A stretch of DNA of 64,000 nucleotides, taken from contig RPGO01000033.1 of the NCBI GenBank assembly GCA_004193545.1, forward strand, positions 3,841 to 67,840, read 5' to 3'. This DNA is from Candidatus Argoarchaeum ethanivorans (GTDB taxonomy: Archaea; Halobacteriota; Methanosarcinia; Methanosarcinales; EX4572-44). Shown here in pieces: positions 49,550 to 61,457 of this stretch. Made by a program: the position numbers and the translations under genes. Numbering within the stretch: the first letter of the stretch is position 1; every line of letters begins with the position of its first letter. Under the pieces are notes generated by a model. It did no database searches. It was not told where the DNA came from and saw only the letters and a program-made list of their open reading frames with translations.

Positions 49550-50593
49550 ATGAAAAACTATATTCAAAAAATCATACAACACGAAAACCTCGCGAGGAAC
49601 GAGGCAGAAGATGCAATGCATAAAATATTCACCGAGGCTACTGATGCGCAGATCTCAGCTTTTCTCATTGCCCTTGCAATGAAGGGCGAAACCATCCAGG
49701 AGATAGCAGGACTTGCAAAAGGTATGAGAAAAGCAGCAAGGACTATACACCCACACGTATCAGGAACTCTCGTAGATACCTGTGGTACTGGCGGCGATTC
49801 ACAGGGTACTATTAATATCAGCACTGCTGCTGCCATAATCACTGCTTCGGCAGGTATACCTGTAGCCAAGCATGGCAATTATTCCATCACCTCAAAATCC
49901 GGTAGTGCGGACCTGCTCAAAACAATGGGCGTAACTATTGACCTGCCACCTGAAAGAGTACAGCAGAATATTGAGAAAACAGGCATCGGCTTCATGCTTG
50001 CACCAGTATTTCATCCTTCAATGAAACGGGTAGCGGGGTTACGAAAAGAAATTGGTGTTCGAACCGTGTTCAATATTCTTGGCCCACTGACAAACCCGGC
50101 AGGTGCTAAAGCACAATTGATCGGATGCTTCAGTCAAAAGCAATGTGTTACTCTTGCAGCATCACTTAATATTCTTGGAACAGAGAGAGCCATGGTAGTA
50201 CACGGGGAAAGACTTGATGAAATTACCACTACAGGCACTACAAACATCACAGAACTTAATAACGGAAAGATTGCAAGCTACACACTAACTCCGGAAGAGC
50301 TTGGAATACAGCGAGCTCTAATCAAAGACATCCGGGGTGGTACGCCTCTCGATAACTCAAAGGATATCATCAGGGTGCTTCTTGGGGAACATGGAGCAAA
50401 ACGTGACATTATAGCTTTAAACGCAGCAGCTTCAATTGTGCTGGGTGGAAAAGCAGAAAACTTCAGAGAAGGTCTTGTTATTGCAGAAAACACCATTGAT
50501 AGCGGCAGAGCCTTGAAAAAACTGAAAGATTTTGTCAAAGAGGCTGGAGATCCTGCCGTACTCGAGGTTTTAATTGATGACAGTTCGTGTTAA
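49550..50593 (+). CDS. trpD: anthranilate phosphoribosyltransferase
   Basis: It reads GTGGD, KHGN...SGSAD and NILGPL.NP. Confidence 0.9.
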   Translation: MKNYIQKIIQHENLARNEAEDAMHKIFTEATDAQISAFLIALAMKGETIQEIAGLAKGMRKAARTIHPHVSGTLVDTCGTGGDSQGTINISTAAAIITASAGIPVAKHGNYSITSKSGSADLLKTMGVTIDLPPERVQQNIEKTGIGFMLAPVFHPSMKRVAGLRKEIGVRTVFNILGPLTNPAGAKAQLIGCFSQKQCVTLAASLNILGTERAMVVHGERLDEITTTGTTNITELNNGKIASYTLTPEELGIQRALIKDIRGGTPLDNSKDIIRVLLGEHGAKRDIIALNAAASIVLGGKAENFREGLVIAENTIDSGRALKKLKDFVKEAGDPAVLEVLIDDSSC

Positions 50594-51266
50594 AATCTGC
50601 GGAAACAAAAACATAAGTGAACTAAAACTTGCAATCGATGCTGGTTGTGACGCTGTAGGATTTATTACAGAAGTCCCGGTGAGTACACCTCGTAATATCA
50701 CCCTTAGAGCTGCTTCGGAATTGATAAAAAAGGTTCCACCTTTTATCGACAGCGTGCTTGTTATCATGCCTGAAACCGCGGAAAAGGTCTTTGAAATGGC
50801 ATACACAGCTCACCCAAACGTCATCCAGCTTCACAATTTCACCTCATACAAACTACTTGAGGAGATACAGGACCTCAGAGCACAGAGTATAAACATTATA
50901 CAAACAGTAGCTATTCCGGAGCAAGCAATCGACCAGATCAACAACTTTCACCAGCACATCAAGAATTTATCAAAGTATGTGGACGCTGTGCTCCTGGATA
51001 CCAAGATCAGTAAACGAAGTGGCGGCACAGGCAAAACCCACGACTGGCAGATAAGTAGAGCTATTACAGAAAAGTCGCCCTTGCCAGTAATTCTTGCAGG
51101 AGGGTTAAACCATCAAAACGTGGAAGATGCAGTAAGAATCGTAAAACCTTTTGCAGTTGATACGGCATCCGGTGTTGAAACCGAGGGAACAAAAGATGAG
51201 TATAAGGTTAGAATGTTTATTTACCGTGCAAAATGTAGATTGGAGGAATCAGTAAAAAATGTATGA
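50577..51266 (+). CDS. trpF: phosphoribosylanthranilate isomerase
   Basis: It reads VKICG, ..GFI.. and GGTGKTHDW. It overlaps the trpD end. Confidence 0.85.
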   Translation: MTVRVKICGNKNISELKLAIDAGCDAVGFITEVPVSTPRNITLRAASELIKKVPPFIDSVLVIMPETAEKVFEMAYTAHPNVIQLHNFTSYKLLEEIQDLRAQSINIIQTVAIPEQAIDQINNFHQHIKNLSKYVDAVLLDTKISKRSGGTGKTHDWQISRAITEKSPLPVILAGGLNHQNVEDAVRIVKPFAVDTASGVETEGTKDEYKVRMFIYRAKCRLEESVKNV

Positions 51267-52170
51267 TGTTGTAATTATCGGAGCAGGTCCCGCTGGTATT
51301 ACAGCCGGAATCTATGCAAAACGAGCTATGTTAAACACCGTGCTTGTTGAAAAACTCGGTTACGGCGGGCAGATTGCCCTCACCGATGTGATAGAGAACT
51401 ACCCGGGGTTTTCTAAGATCACCGGACCAGAGTTGATTCAAAAATTTGAAGAGCACGTGGCAGGGCTTGGACTTGAAATAACTTATGCAGAGATAGAAAA
51501 AATTGAAGATTCCGGTGATGTTAAGATACTTCACACAACCGATGGTGAGAAGATCTCGACACGTTCTGTGATTATTGCCACAGGAGCTCATCCAAACAAA
51601 CTTGGTGTCCCTGGCGAGACTGCATACACCGGGCGTGGAGTGTCATATTGTGCCACCTGTGATGGGTTTTTTTTCACAGGCAAGGATGTTGCCTTAGTAG
51701 GTGGCGGCGGCACTGCAATCACAGAAGCGATATTTCTTGCAAAAATGGTAAGCAGGGTGTATGTGATTCATCGCAGAGATGCGCTTCGGGCTGAGAAAAT
51801 ATTGCAGGAACGTGCTTTTAATAATCCAAAGATAGAGTTTGTATGGAACAGTGTGGTTGAAGAAATAAAAGGTAAAAAAACCGTAAACACAGTTGTTGTA
51901 AAGAACGTTAAAACTGAAAAGCTTCAGGAAATTGCAGTTGATGGCGTGTTTGTTTTTGTAGGCTTAAAACCAAACACTGATTTTATTGATTGCCAGAAGG
52001 ACGAGCGCGGTTTTATTAAAACAGATGTAAATCTTGCAACAAGTATGAGTGGTGTGTTTGCAGCAGGGGACTGCCGGGATAAACCACTTCGACAGGTGGT
52101 AACAGCCGCGGGAGATGGCGCCATTGCATCAGCATCTGTTGAAAAATATCTTGAATCAATGCGGCATTGA
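51259..52170 (+). CDS. trxB: thioredoxin-disulfide reductase
   Basis: It has GAGPAG, the redox-active CATCDG and a second Rossmann motif GGGGTA. Confidence 0.9.
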   Translation: MYDVVIIGAGPAGITAGIYAKRAMLNTVLVEKLGYGGQIALTDVIENYPGFSKITGPELIQKFEEHVAGLGLEITYAEIEKIEDSGDVKILHTTDGEKISTRSVIIATGAHPNKLGVPGETAYTGRGVSYCATCDGFFFTGKDVALVGGGGTAITEAIFLAKMVSRVYVIHRRDALRAEKILQERAFNNPKIEFVWNSVVEEIKGKKTVNTVVVKNVKTEKLQEIAVDGVFVFVGLKPNTDFIDCQKDERGFIKTDVNLATSMSGVFAAGDCRDKPLRQVVTAAGDGAIASASVEKYLESMRH

Positions 52171-52172
52171 AT

Positions 52173-53438
52173 TTAGACGTCTCTTGGATCTGTAATTTCT
52201 CCAGTGAGCGCTGTTGCTGCTGCGGTTGCAGGTGACGAGAGATAAACGAAGGACTCAGCACTTCCCTGTCTACCTTTAAAATTGCGATTAGAAGTTGAAA
52301 GTGCCACTTCTCCAGCTCCAAGCAGTCCAAAGGATCCGCCCATGCAGGGCCCACAACATGGTGATTCAACGATTGCTCCTGCCTTGATGAACTGTTTGAT
52401 ATAACCTGCTTTAAGAGCTTTTAAATACTCGGTTCTGGATGCAGGTATTACAAGCAATCTCACTCCTTTTGCAACTGGCTCATGCCCCATAATTCTTGCT
52501 GCAATCTCAAGGTCTTCAAATCTCCCGTTGGTGCACGAGCCAATAAAAATCTGGTCGACCTTTGTGCCTGCAACTTCCTGCACCGGTTTTACATTATCGA
52601 CATTATGGGGGCACGCAACCATTGGCTCAAGATTGCTCACGTCATAATGTTTTATTTTATAATCGGAATCATCATCAGTTCTCCAGTATGAATCAAGTCT
52701 GAAGTCTAAAATCCTCTCCTTGATGTATGCTTCAGTGGTTCTGTCAGCTTCTATGATGCCTGCCTTGCCACCCATCTCAATTGCCATATTTGAGACTGTC
52801 ATTCGTTCAGAGATGTTCATATTTCGAACAGTTGAACCTGCAAACTCGCAAGCCATATACCTACCCCCTTCTGCAGAGACATCCCCGATTATGTGAAGAA
52901 TGACGTCCTTGGAGTACACGTGAGCTTGCAGTGCTCCATCAATTACCAATCGAAGGGTTTCTGGCACTTTAAACCAGAGCTTTCCTGTGGCAAAGACTGC
53001 TGCCATATCGGTACTGCCAATGCCAGTTGAGAATGCCCCGAGTGCCCCATACGTGCAGGTATGAGAGTCGGAACCTACAACAAGTTCCCCTGGCTCTACA
53101 TGCCCCTTTTCAGGGACCACCTGGTGGCACACCCCTTCAAATATGTCGTAGTTGAGTATGTTTTGCTCCTTTGCAAACTTTCGAAGCAGTATCTGGTTTT
53201 CTGCTGCACTCAGGGAATCGGCGGGTGACTGATGGTCAAAGACCATTACAATCTTGCTTGCATCCCACACACGAGGATTCTCTTTATTATGCATGATTTC
53301 ATAAAAACCCTGTAATGCAAGAGGGCCAGTGATATCGTGCGTCATTGCACAATCAATATCTGCAAGTACGAAATCACCAGCTTTAACATTCTTACCAGAA
53401 GCTCTTGAAAAAATTTTCTCAGAAATTGTTGTTTTCAT
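52173..53438 (-). CDS. leuC: 3-isopropylmalate/homoaconitate dehydratase large subunit (aconitase family)
   Basis: It has DSHT, GSCTNGR and CGPCMG cluster ligands and is 421 aa. LeuC versus HacA is not resolvable here. Confidence 0.85.
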   Translation of the reverse strand: MKTTISEKIFSRASGKNVKAGDFVLADIDCAMTHDITGPLALQGFYEIMHNKENPRVWDASKIVMVFDHQSPADSLSAAENQILLRKFAKEQNILNYDIFEGVCHQVVPEKGHVEPGELVVGSDSHTCTYGALGAFSTGIGSTDMAAVFATGKLWFKVPETLRLVIDGALQAHVYSKDVILHIIGDVSAEGGRYMACEFAGSTVRNMNISERMTVSNMAIEMGGKAGIIEADRTTEAYIKERILDFRLDSYWRTDDDSDYKIKHYDVSNLEPMVACPHNVDNVKPVQEVAGTKVDQIFIGSCTNGRFEDLEIAARIMGHEPVAKGVRLLVIPASRTEYLKALKAGYIKQFIKAGAIVESPCCGPCMGGSFGLLGAGEVALSTSNRNFKGRQGSAESFVYLSSPATAAATALTGEITDPRDV

Positions 53439-53690
53439 GTTATATCCTTTTTGTTTATTCCTGTTGATAATACTTTTTTAACTTGAGTTTCAGGGTTCTA
53501 TAGGTTACATCCACTTAAAATTAGCCAACTCTACTCGTCTCACTTGAATTCTGTAGCCTATATATAAACTACAAAAATTCCTTCGCTATAACCAACATCC
53601 AACAACACTGGTGTGTTTTCATAATATTTAAAATTTTGCAGCACTTAAAACCCTGAATGTCAGGGTATGAGTGACAAGACTCAATATGGA

Positions 53691-56600
53691 TCATCGAATC
53701 TTACCACCAAACAGAGGACTAACTTCAGCCTGTAAAATCATTAGAGCATCAACAGAACTTACCTTGCCATCTTGGTTTATGTCTGCTTCTGCACTCCATT
53801 TGCCACGTACTGCCATCTCAAGCACACTCGCAGCATCTATACATTTTACTGGTGGTCGTGCTTGTGTATAAACTACAGAAGTCCCCGCTCCCTGTGTATT
53901 TGTATAATAAAGAATACTGTTACTTATTCCAGCACCGACACTATATGGAATATTGTTCAAATAGTTATAATTGAATCTGATTGTTCCATTTTCATATAAT
54001 ATTACTTCAAAAAGGTCCTTGTTGAGACATCCTCCACCACAAGTCCCGGTGTACCAGACTACAACTACTCTGTCTCCTTTATCCTGAACCGATATATTTG
54101 TTTCTTCACCACACGACTGAGACAGATCGCCCCAGAAGGGAGCTATTGCCTCGGTATTTTCTAAATGCGGCGAGCAACAATGGCTCGAAGTATCAGGCAG
54201 GAATGTAATCAATCCATTTGTGCTAATCTGTATGGAACTATGATTTTCACAGAAGAACGTGAAATTCCAGGGAAGGACATAATTATAGGAGCAGTCATCA
54301 CAGCCGGTCCAATTTTGGTCTGGCGTGCTAATCCCATCCCAATCATAAGTAACGTATTCTTTAGTATAAGTATAGCATGGAGGAATTGTCTGGAAATCGG
54401 TGTAGTTGTAATACGAAGTTATGTATGCATCTTCTATGTAATCAAATTGAACACCGGTTGAGGAATTATATAAATACAAATACTTCAGATTGTACGGTCC
54501 ATTGACCCCATTCTGTCGGATTTTAATTCCTTCGAAATTGAGTTGCACGGTTTGACTGCCAGTACTTAAGTAGGTGGTATTGGATTCGTAATCTATTTGA
54601 TATCCAGTAATATCATACAAGTATCCATATACTCTATAACTTCCAGCAGTGGTCACATTCACACCTATATCTAAGGTTAAATTATTATACAATCCACCAC
54701 CATCGGTATCTGTTCCATTATCTGAATAAAACTCGTTGAACTCAGCAGGCAGTCTCTGGAAGTCGGTGTAGTTGTAATATGGGGTGGTGTAAGCATCGTA
54801 TATGTAGTCAAGTTGTGTCCAATCAGTTGTATTGTATAGATATAAATACTTCAAATCAAATGTTCCATTGACCTTATTTTGCCTGATCTTTATACCCTCA
54901 AAGTCAAGTTTAACGGTTTGGTTTCCCGTGTTTAGGTAAGTATAGTTATTTCTCCATTCTATATAGCCTCCATGACAATCATTCAGTCTTCCCTCTACTA
55001 TGTAGTTACCTGCCTTTGTCACATTCACGCCGACATCTATTGTTAAGTAGTTATACAACCCATCGCCATCGATATCGATTCCGTGATCTGAGTAAACATC
55101 ATTAAACTCCGCCGGTGGCTTCTGGAAGTCAGTCCAATCGTAGTCGTTGGTAAAGTACTCCATTTTATCTATATGTTTCCATTCTTCAGTCTCATAAAGG
55201 CTTAACCATGTTCTGAAGCTTCCGTTATGCTCTGTGTTATATATCCTGATTCCGTCAAACTGTAATGTGATATTATGAATGCCAGCATCGAGATATGTTC
55301 TGTTCCAATCACTGTCAATTCCCCACCAGTAACCCTCTTCTTCATCGTAATACTGCAAATTTCCACTTAATTCATATTCTCCCGCCTTTGTGACGTTTAT
55401 CTCTGCTTCTATCACAAGATGGTTGTATAAAGTATCATTATTTGTGTCTAATCCATAGTCACTAAAGTTTCCAGTAAATTCTGGTGGTTTATCAAAATCA
55501 GTATAGCTATAATAGAAAGTAGTATCAGTTGCCCGACCTAACCACCTCCCATTATCCCTATCATATAAATCCATGTCCACATCGAAGTTGCCAGAATCTC
55601 CTGATAGATATATGCTTGGTCCATAGAATTTAAGCGTCACATTGTGCAATCCCTCATTTAAATACGTATGATTTGAATCAGAATCAAGCCATTGTCCTGA
55701 AGGTGCTCTAAGCGAACCGTATAGCTTATAATTACCAGCTTCTCTTACTTCTATTCCTTTTTCAATCACCAGATAATCATAGAGCGAGTTATTGGTTGTA
55801 TCCAATCCATAGTCGTTGAATCCTGATGTGAATTCTGCTGGGGGCTTTTGGAACTCGGTGTAATTGTAATGATTTGTGGTACATGCATAGCGTCTATAAT
55901 CAAATTCCTCTCCGTAAAGAACCGTGAAGTTATTTGTATTCCCTGTTGCTTTTGTTTCTGATTTTTCAAGTGGTGGTACTTCTTTAGCGGGTGGATGCCC
56001 TATTGGTTGTGGTACCGGATATGTATAGGTTACATTGTATAGACGAAGATATTTTAAGTCGTAAGTTCCGTTATACTCATTTTGTCTCAGTTTTATTCCA
56101 TCAAATCTTAATTGAACCGTTTGATTCCCTTTGTTTAGATAAGTCATGTTGCTGTCATAATCTACAGAATTATACGTTCCCTTTTCATACAAAGACCCAC
56201 TTATCCGGTAGTCTCCATCATCTCTTACGTTTACACCCACATTTATCACCAAATAATTATACAATTCATCCTCATCTTTATCCTCTCCGTAATCTGAGTA
56301 TATATCGTTGAATTCTGCACCGGGTGGTTGAAAATCAGTGTATTCGTAGTAAGAAGTAACGTATGCATCATGTCTACTATCTTGCTGAACATAATCATCA
56401 CCGTATAGCCTAAGATATTTTAGATAATAGGGACCGTCAGCTTTGTGCTTACGAATCATAAGTCCATCAAAATTGAGCTTGATTATCTGTGTTCCATTCT
56501 CAAGATATGCAGAGTTTCCTTCGTATGCGATGCTGTTACCATAACTATCATATAGCTCAGCATACCAGCGGTAATTGCCTGATTCTGATACATTCACACC

Positions 56601-59600
56601 TATACCAATAGAAAGATAGTTATGAAACGTGTCGTCGTCTGTATCAATACCTGAGTCATTGTAAACATCTGTGAAGACTGCCGTTGGTAGTTGGAACTCT
56701 TTACTATCATAAGATGATGTGTTATATGCTTTCAATCTCCTATCAATAGTGTTCCAATAGTTATCTCTGAGTCTCAGGTTGGTAAGCGTGTAAGGTCCAT
56801 TCAGATCAACCCTGTGAATGTCTATTCCATTAAAGAGCAATGTTATATTCTGTTTGCCAATTGATAAGTAGGTATTATTTCTTGCATCTGTAATGCAAAA
56901 CCCATTTAATGTCTCTATGTCGCCATACAAATAATAAAAATCTGCTTTGGCAACATTTACACCAACATCTATTGCAAGATAATCATACAATCCATCGCTG
57001 TCCAGATCGATGCCATAATCAGCATATATATCGGTCAAAACCGCTTTGGGCACTTCTACATAACGGGTTGCCAGATTATTTACCACATAACCTTCACCAG
57101 GAACAGGTTCTGCATAGACTGAAACATTGTAGTATCCAACTGCAGTAGGCGTCCAATTGAAATTTATCGTTGTATCCGTTCCGTTTTGGATAAGGGGAAT
57201 GGTTTTGCTGCCTAATTTTGTTCCATCTACCAATAAGTCTATGATCACATCTGTTTCGCTGTTCAACCCGGTATTTGCTATTGTCGCATTTATCTGTGCA
57301 GAAACATTGATTCCAACTATACTGGGTGCATCAATTAATACCTCTATATCATGCGCCTGTGGAGGCAATGTAATCCACCTGAAGATGTTTCTCCCAAAGA
57401 TTCCGTTATCAGCATTATAAATATAAGCTAAGACCTCATCTGAAATTACAACGACTTTTCCATTTCCATATCGTCTCACACCAATCATTTTATTCCCAGC
57501 GACATCTCTTGCAACATCTATGGCTGGCGAATACACGTTAAGAGAATTTACCGGACTAAAGTATATACTTGAAACGCCTCTTGTTATACTATGCATTGAT
57601 ATATCGGTTGATTCGCCGTAGTATCCCTGAATGCCACTGTATGACATGTTAAATACATTTACAATTGTTGGATCTCCCAGTTCATCTCCTTCAACAAAAA
57701 GACCGCCTCCATTTTCAACATACGTAGCAAGAGCACTTTTTTCATTAGTGCTCCAACTACCTCCTCGCTCATCAATCCAAATTGCATCATAATTATTTAG
57801 TAGCGAAAGCGAAATCGGTCCGGAAGTGATATCTGATACAATAAAGCCCTCACTCTTTATGTCATCGATTATGTCAATATACCAGGATGACGGTCTTCCT
57901 CCATGTGTTGTATCATATCCTATTATGTAGATATTTGATAAAACATTTATACCTCTTGATGCCAGATTATTTATCGTGACGCTTTCACCTGGCACAGGTA
58001 CTGCATGCACTGACACATTATACGAACCTTCTTCATAATGTGTCCATGTAAAATTTACCGAGCAATTTGTACCGCTATCCAAACTTGTAATTGTTTTTGT
58101 CGCATCGATTGAACCGTTTATAAGTAATTGCACTGTGATATTGGTTTCGTTGTTCAAGCCATTATTAAATATGGTTGAATTTATCGGTATTGACTTATTT
58201 ATTTTTATATACTCTGGAATAAAAAGCAAACTCACCTTAATATCGTGCTCCTGTGGTATTGCCATAGGTAATGCAAACATCGCATCCACAACACCCCAGC
58301 CATAATTGTTATCAGGTCCTATTATACCTCTATCAACGGCAGTATCCATTAGTATCTCCTTTATCTCAAGCGGCGCTAAATTTGGATTGTATTCGAGCAT
58401 CAGTGCAGCGACGCCAGCAACGTGAGGAGTTGACATCGAGGTTCCACCATGAGGTACATAACCATTTCCAGTATCAGCCTCGGCAGACGTAACATCTACA
58501 CCAACGGCACATACCTCTGGTTTTGTCCTTCCATCAGCAGTAGGACCGCGTGATGAGAAATAAGCAATGTCCATGTAATCGTCAATTGCACCCACTGTAA
58601 TAACTTTTTTAGCGCATGCCGGGTCACCAACCGTTTTACCACCCCACATACCAGCATTTCCAGCAGCAACCGAAACAACTATTCCAGCATCTACGGCAGC
58701 ATCACAAGCCAATGCCATCGGAGTGGTTCCATCATTGTTGTAGTCTCTACCCAAACTCATTGAGATTATCTTTATGCCATAATCATCTTTATTTTGAACA
58801 GCCCAATCTATTCCAGCAATGATCGTTGATTCTCTGCCCGAGCCCCATTTATTAAGCACCTTAACCCCAACCAATTTTGCACCTGGTGCAACCCCCTTAT
58901 ATACAGAGGGGCCACCCGTGCCTGCTGCAATACCAGCACAATGAGTTCCATGCCCATGATCGTCATAAGGATCAGGATAAAAATTAACGAAATCCTTAAA
59001 ACCAATTATCTTTGGATCGCTTGTTGCAAGGTTGTCATCCATATCGTCCAGTGACTCGTGTGCATCGTCAATGCCTGTATCAATCACTGCTATGGTCACG
59101 TTAGACCCTGTAACATTGTATGCGATTCTTGCCGTATCTGCCTTGATTACCGGTACACTCGAATCCAAGTATGCTTGCACCTTATGATCCTCGTAAACCA
59201 TTTTAACATCTTGAATTGTTGATAATTCATACAGTCTGTTACAAGGAATGCTTATTACTGTAGCGTTTATAACAGAATAATCATATTTTATTTCTGCGTC
59301 AATTAACGAATAATCGGTTACGGTGAGATCAACACTTTGGTTATACAAGACAATAACATCAATCTTTAATACATTCTCGCCGCTTGCTTTAAACTCTAAC
59401 GAATCTTCAATTTTATTGTTGTTAGCATCAAAAGCTGTCACATCGCTTTTTCCTGTAATAGAGACATCATCATAAGTAATATCTACAACATCAATTTCGT
59501 TTTCGCTTATGTTTATATCAGAATGGATTTCATTGTGAATGCGATCCACCCAACTTAAATTTGTTACTTCATTTGGTTCTGTTATTCCAAATAGCGATCT

Positions 59601-59798
59601 ATTTTGTCCAGTGTAATGGGCTACTTTATATTTCGCCAATTCATTAGAGCTTTTAACATTCACTATTGTTTGAACATCTTCTTCGGAAACACTTTCCATA
59701 AGTTTTTCTGATGTGTCACTGGCCAAAACTATACTGCTAAATACTGACCAGAGAACTATCAACACCACAATCAAACCAAAAATCCTCATGCTTTTCAT
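53691..59798 (-). CDS. 2035-aa secreted S8 (subtilisin-like) peptidase with CARDB-like domains, seven repeat modules and a C-terminal dockerin-like segment
   Basis: The signal peptide is MKSMRIFGLIVVLIVLWSVFSSIVLA. The triad contexts are VIDTGID, HGHGTHCAG and GGTSMSTPH. The C-terminus reads DINQDGKVSSVDALMILQ. Confidence 0.85.
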   Translation of the reverse strand: MKSMRIFGLIVVLIVLWSVFSSIVLASDTSEKLMESVSEEDVQTIVNVKSSNELAKYKVAHYTGQNRSLFGITEPNEVTNLSWVDRIHNEIHSDINISENEIDVVDITYDDVSITGKSDVTAFDANNNKIEDSLEFKASGENVLKIDVIVLYNQSVDLTVTDYSLIDAEIKYDYSVINATVISIPCNRLYELSTIQDVKMVYEDHKVQAYLDSSVPVIKADTARIAYNVTGSNVTIAVIDTGIDDAHESLDDMDDNLATSDPKIIGFKDFVNFYPDPYDDHGHGTHCAGIAAGTGGPSVYKGVAPGAKLVGVKVLNKWGSGRESTIIAGIDWAVQNKDDYGIKIISMSLGRDYNNDGTTPMALACDAAVDAGIVVSVAAGNAGMWGGKTVGDPACAKKVITVGAIDDYMDIAYFSSRGPTADGRTKPEVCAVGVDVTSAEADTGNGYVPHGGTSMSTPHVAGVAALMLEYNPNLAPLEIKEILMDTAVDRGIIGPDNNYGWGVVDAMFALPMAIPQEHDIKVSLLFIPEYIKINKSIPINSTIFNNGLNNETNITVQLLINGSIDATKTITSLDSGTNCSVNFTWTHYEEGSYNVSVHAVPVPGESVTINNLASRGINVLSNIYIIGYDTTHGGRPSSWYIDIIDDIKSEGFIVSDITSGPISLSLLNNYDAIWIDERGGSWSTNEKSALATYVENGGGLFVEGDELGDPTIVNVFNMSYSGIQGYYGESTDISMHSITRGVSSIYFSPVNSLNVYSPAIDVARDVAGNKMIGVRRYGNGKVVVISDEVLAYIYNADNGIFGRNIFRWITLPPQAHDIEVLIDAPSIVGINVSAQINATIANTGLNSETDVIIDLLVDGTKLGSKTIPLIQNGTDTTINFNWTPTAVGYYNVSVYAEPVPGEGYVVNNLATRYVEVPKAVLTDIYADYGIDLDSDGLYDYLAIDVGVNVAKADFYYLYGDIETLNGFCITDARNNTYLSIGKQNITLLFNGIDIHRVDLNGPYTLTNLRLRDNYWNTIDRRLKAYNTSSYDSKEFQLPTAVFTDVYNDSGIDTDDDTFHNYLSIGIGVNVSESGNYRWYAELYDSYGNSIAYEGNSAYLENGTQIIKLNFDGLMIRKHKADGPYYLKYLRLYGDDYVQQDSRHDAYVTSYYEYTDFQPPGAEFNDIYSDYGEDKDEDELYNYLVINVGVNVRDDGDYRISGSLYEKGTYNSVDYDSNMTYLNKGNQTVQLRFDGIKLRQNEYNGTYDLKYLRLYNVTYTYPVPQPIGHPPAKEVPPLEKSETKATGNTNNFTVLYGEEFDYRRYACTTNHYNYTEFQKPPAEFTSGFNDYGLDTTNNSLYDYLVIEKGIEVREAGNYKLYGSLRAPSGQWLDSDSNHTYLNEGLHNVTLKFYGPSIYLSGDSGNFDVDMDLYDRDNGRWLGRATDTTFYYSYTDFDKPPEFTGNFSDYGLDTNNDTLYNHLVIEAEINVTKAGEYELSGNLQYYDEEEGYWWGIDSDWNRTYLDAGIHNITLQFDGIRIYNTEHNGSFRTWLSLYETEEWKHIDKMEYFTNDYDWTDFQKPPAEFNDVYSDHGIDIDGDGLYNYLTIDVGVNVTKAGNYIVEGRLNDCHGGYIEWRNNYTYLNTGNQTVKLDFEGIKIRQNKVNGTFDLKYLYLYNTTDWTQLDYIYDAYTTPYYNYTDFQRLPAEFNEFYSDNGTDTDGGGLYNNLTLDIGVNVTTAGSYRVYGYLYDITGYQIDYESNTTYLSTGSQTVQLNFEGIKIRQNGVNGPYNLKYLYLYNSSTGVQFDYIEDAYITSYYNYTDFQTIPPCYTYTKEYVTYDWDGISTPDQNWTGCDDCSYNYVLPWNFTFFCENHSSIQISTNGLITFLPDTSSHCCSPHLENTEAIAPFWGDLSQSCGEETNISVQDKGDRVVVVWYTGTCGGGCLNKDLFEVILYENGTIRFNYNYLNNIPYSVGAGISNSILYYTNTQGAGTSVVYTQARPPVKCIDAASVLEMAVRGKWSAEADINQDGKVSSVDALMILQAEVSPLFGGKIR
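54390..57044 (-). repeat. seven tandem, diverged 118-160-aa protein modules inside the protease gene
   Basis: Each module starts F(T/N)D.Y.D.G.D.D.D.LY.YL.I.VGVNV..AG.Y. Each ends ..L(K/T)YL.LY........Y.Y(T)DFQ.PPAE. Confidence 0.8.
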
Positions 59799-60358
59799 TT
59801 GTTAATTCTCCTATAGACAAATAATAAACACATATAATTAATAACACATAAGATTTTCGATTCATTTTTTGTATGTGCTTCGAGCTGTCTTGACAAGGAC
59901 AGTACTACGAATTTTGCCCCAAAGCAAGGAGTATGCAAAAGATAAAATACAGGATCAAGTATTGACAGATAATATTTATGACTTTGTTACAGCCAATACT
60001 TGTAACCTGTGGTCTGCCGGGGCTGTCAACTTGTTGGGTGTTATACCAGAACTCTAATTTCTTTCATACGTTCAAACCCAGAACAGTAGACATTATACCT
60101 GAATATACAACCAGGTCGAAACAATACCAACACCCAATAACTTTACAACCACCTTTAATGTAATTACCATGTACATACAATCTAGCATCATTATCTGTAT
60201 ATTCGTTCGATTCTTTGTTTTTGCAGGGGCTAGTATAACGATTCCAAATTAATCTTACAATAATCATACCACAATTCTGCCAGGCATATCATCCATTTTG
60301 TATTTCCACTTAAATATCACTGGAGTTTCGTTTATATCATCAAAATATTGACTTATGC

Positions 60359-61457
60359 GATCAATGGAGTATCTCAACGATTTCGTGAAATGGGGCGTAA
60401 AGTTGCGCGAGAGAACTGACCCGGCACATATTTTGCTTCTGGTCAATGATGGAAAAAGGAAATGGAGATAAAAGATACGCTGCGGATCAGCAGGGCAAAT
60501 CCGTTTCCAAACAATTCAAGAAGAAATACCGCGAAGAAAGTTCCAAAACGCCCCTCGCGGAGAAACCAACATCCGGTCAGCCTAAAAGTATACAGATGAA
60601 ACATGCGGCGGAAGTTATAGAGCTGCAGGCATGCAACTGAATCACCTGATGGGGCGCAAGAGATGGACACACTACACTACTACCAGGAAGAAAATGCGAA
60701 GAAGGATGGGTTTGAAACGATAAAACAAAGAGAGTATCAGGCTTATTTTAAAAAGCAAAACTAAACCCGGTTAAGGCGTGGATGTGGTGCATACAGACGA
60801 TCGATTACCGAATACAGAGCGAGAACGGATGTACGATGTTTCCGATCTGTAATGAAGAACTGTAATGAATTCCGGAAGTCCCATTGTCTGTTTTGACGAG
60901 AAACCAAAGCAACTTGAGATAAAAGGATTTCCATCCCTATGAAGCCTGGAATCCTCGTGAAATATGATTATGAATATATCAGGAACGGTACAGCAAACAT
61001 ATTCATGGCGGTCGAATCAAAGCAGGAAACGGTGACGAGGATCACCAAAAGAAGAACTATGGTGGATTTTGCAATAATTCGTGAAGATGCTTGTCGATGA
61101 AGAATAATTGACGTTGAAAACATCCAACTATCAAGGCGGATAACCCTCAATAATTACAAGGAAAAGTCATTTTACGAGGCATCTAAAGTGAGGAGGAGGC
61201 GGGAAAGGATTTGAGCTAAGATCGAGTTTCCATTACACGCCAAAACATGCAAGCTGGCTTAATGCCGCTGAAATCGAGATCAATGATGGATATCGAATGC
61301 ACTGACAGACGGATTGGAGATATGGAGACACTGGTCCGGGAAGTGGCCGTATTTTGACCAGGAAACGGAATGACGATGAAAAGAAAATCAACTGGGGCTT
61401 CATTGAGGGAAGGCGATAAGAAACTGGTCCAAGCATTATGTCTAAGACTAAATTCAT
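60359..61457 (+). pseudogene. heavily decayed IS630-family transposase gene
   Basis: Fragments in several frames read EYLNDFVKWG..AHILLL, VCFDEKPKQL, KYDYEYIRNGTANIFMAVE, HYTPKHASWLNAAEIEI and KINWGF. Confidence 0.65.
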
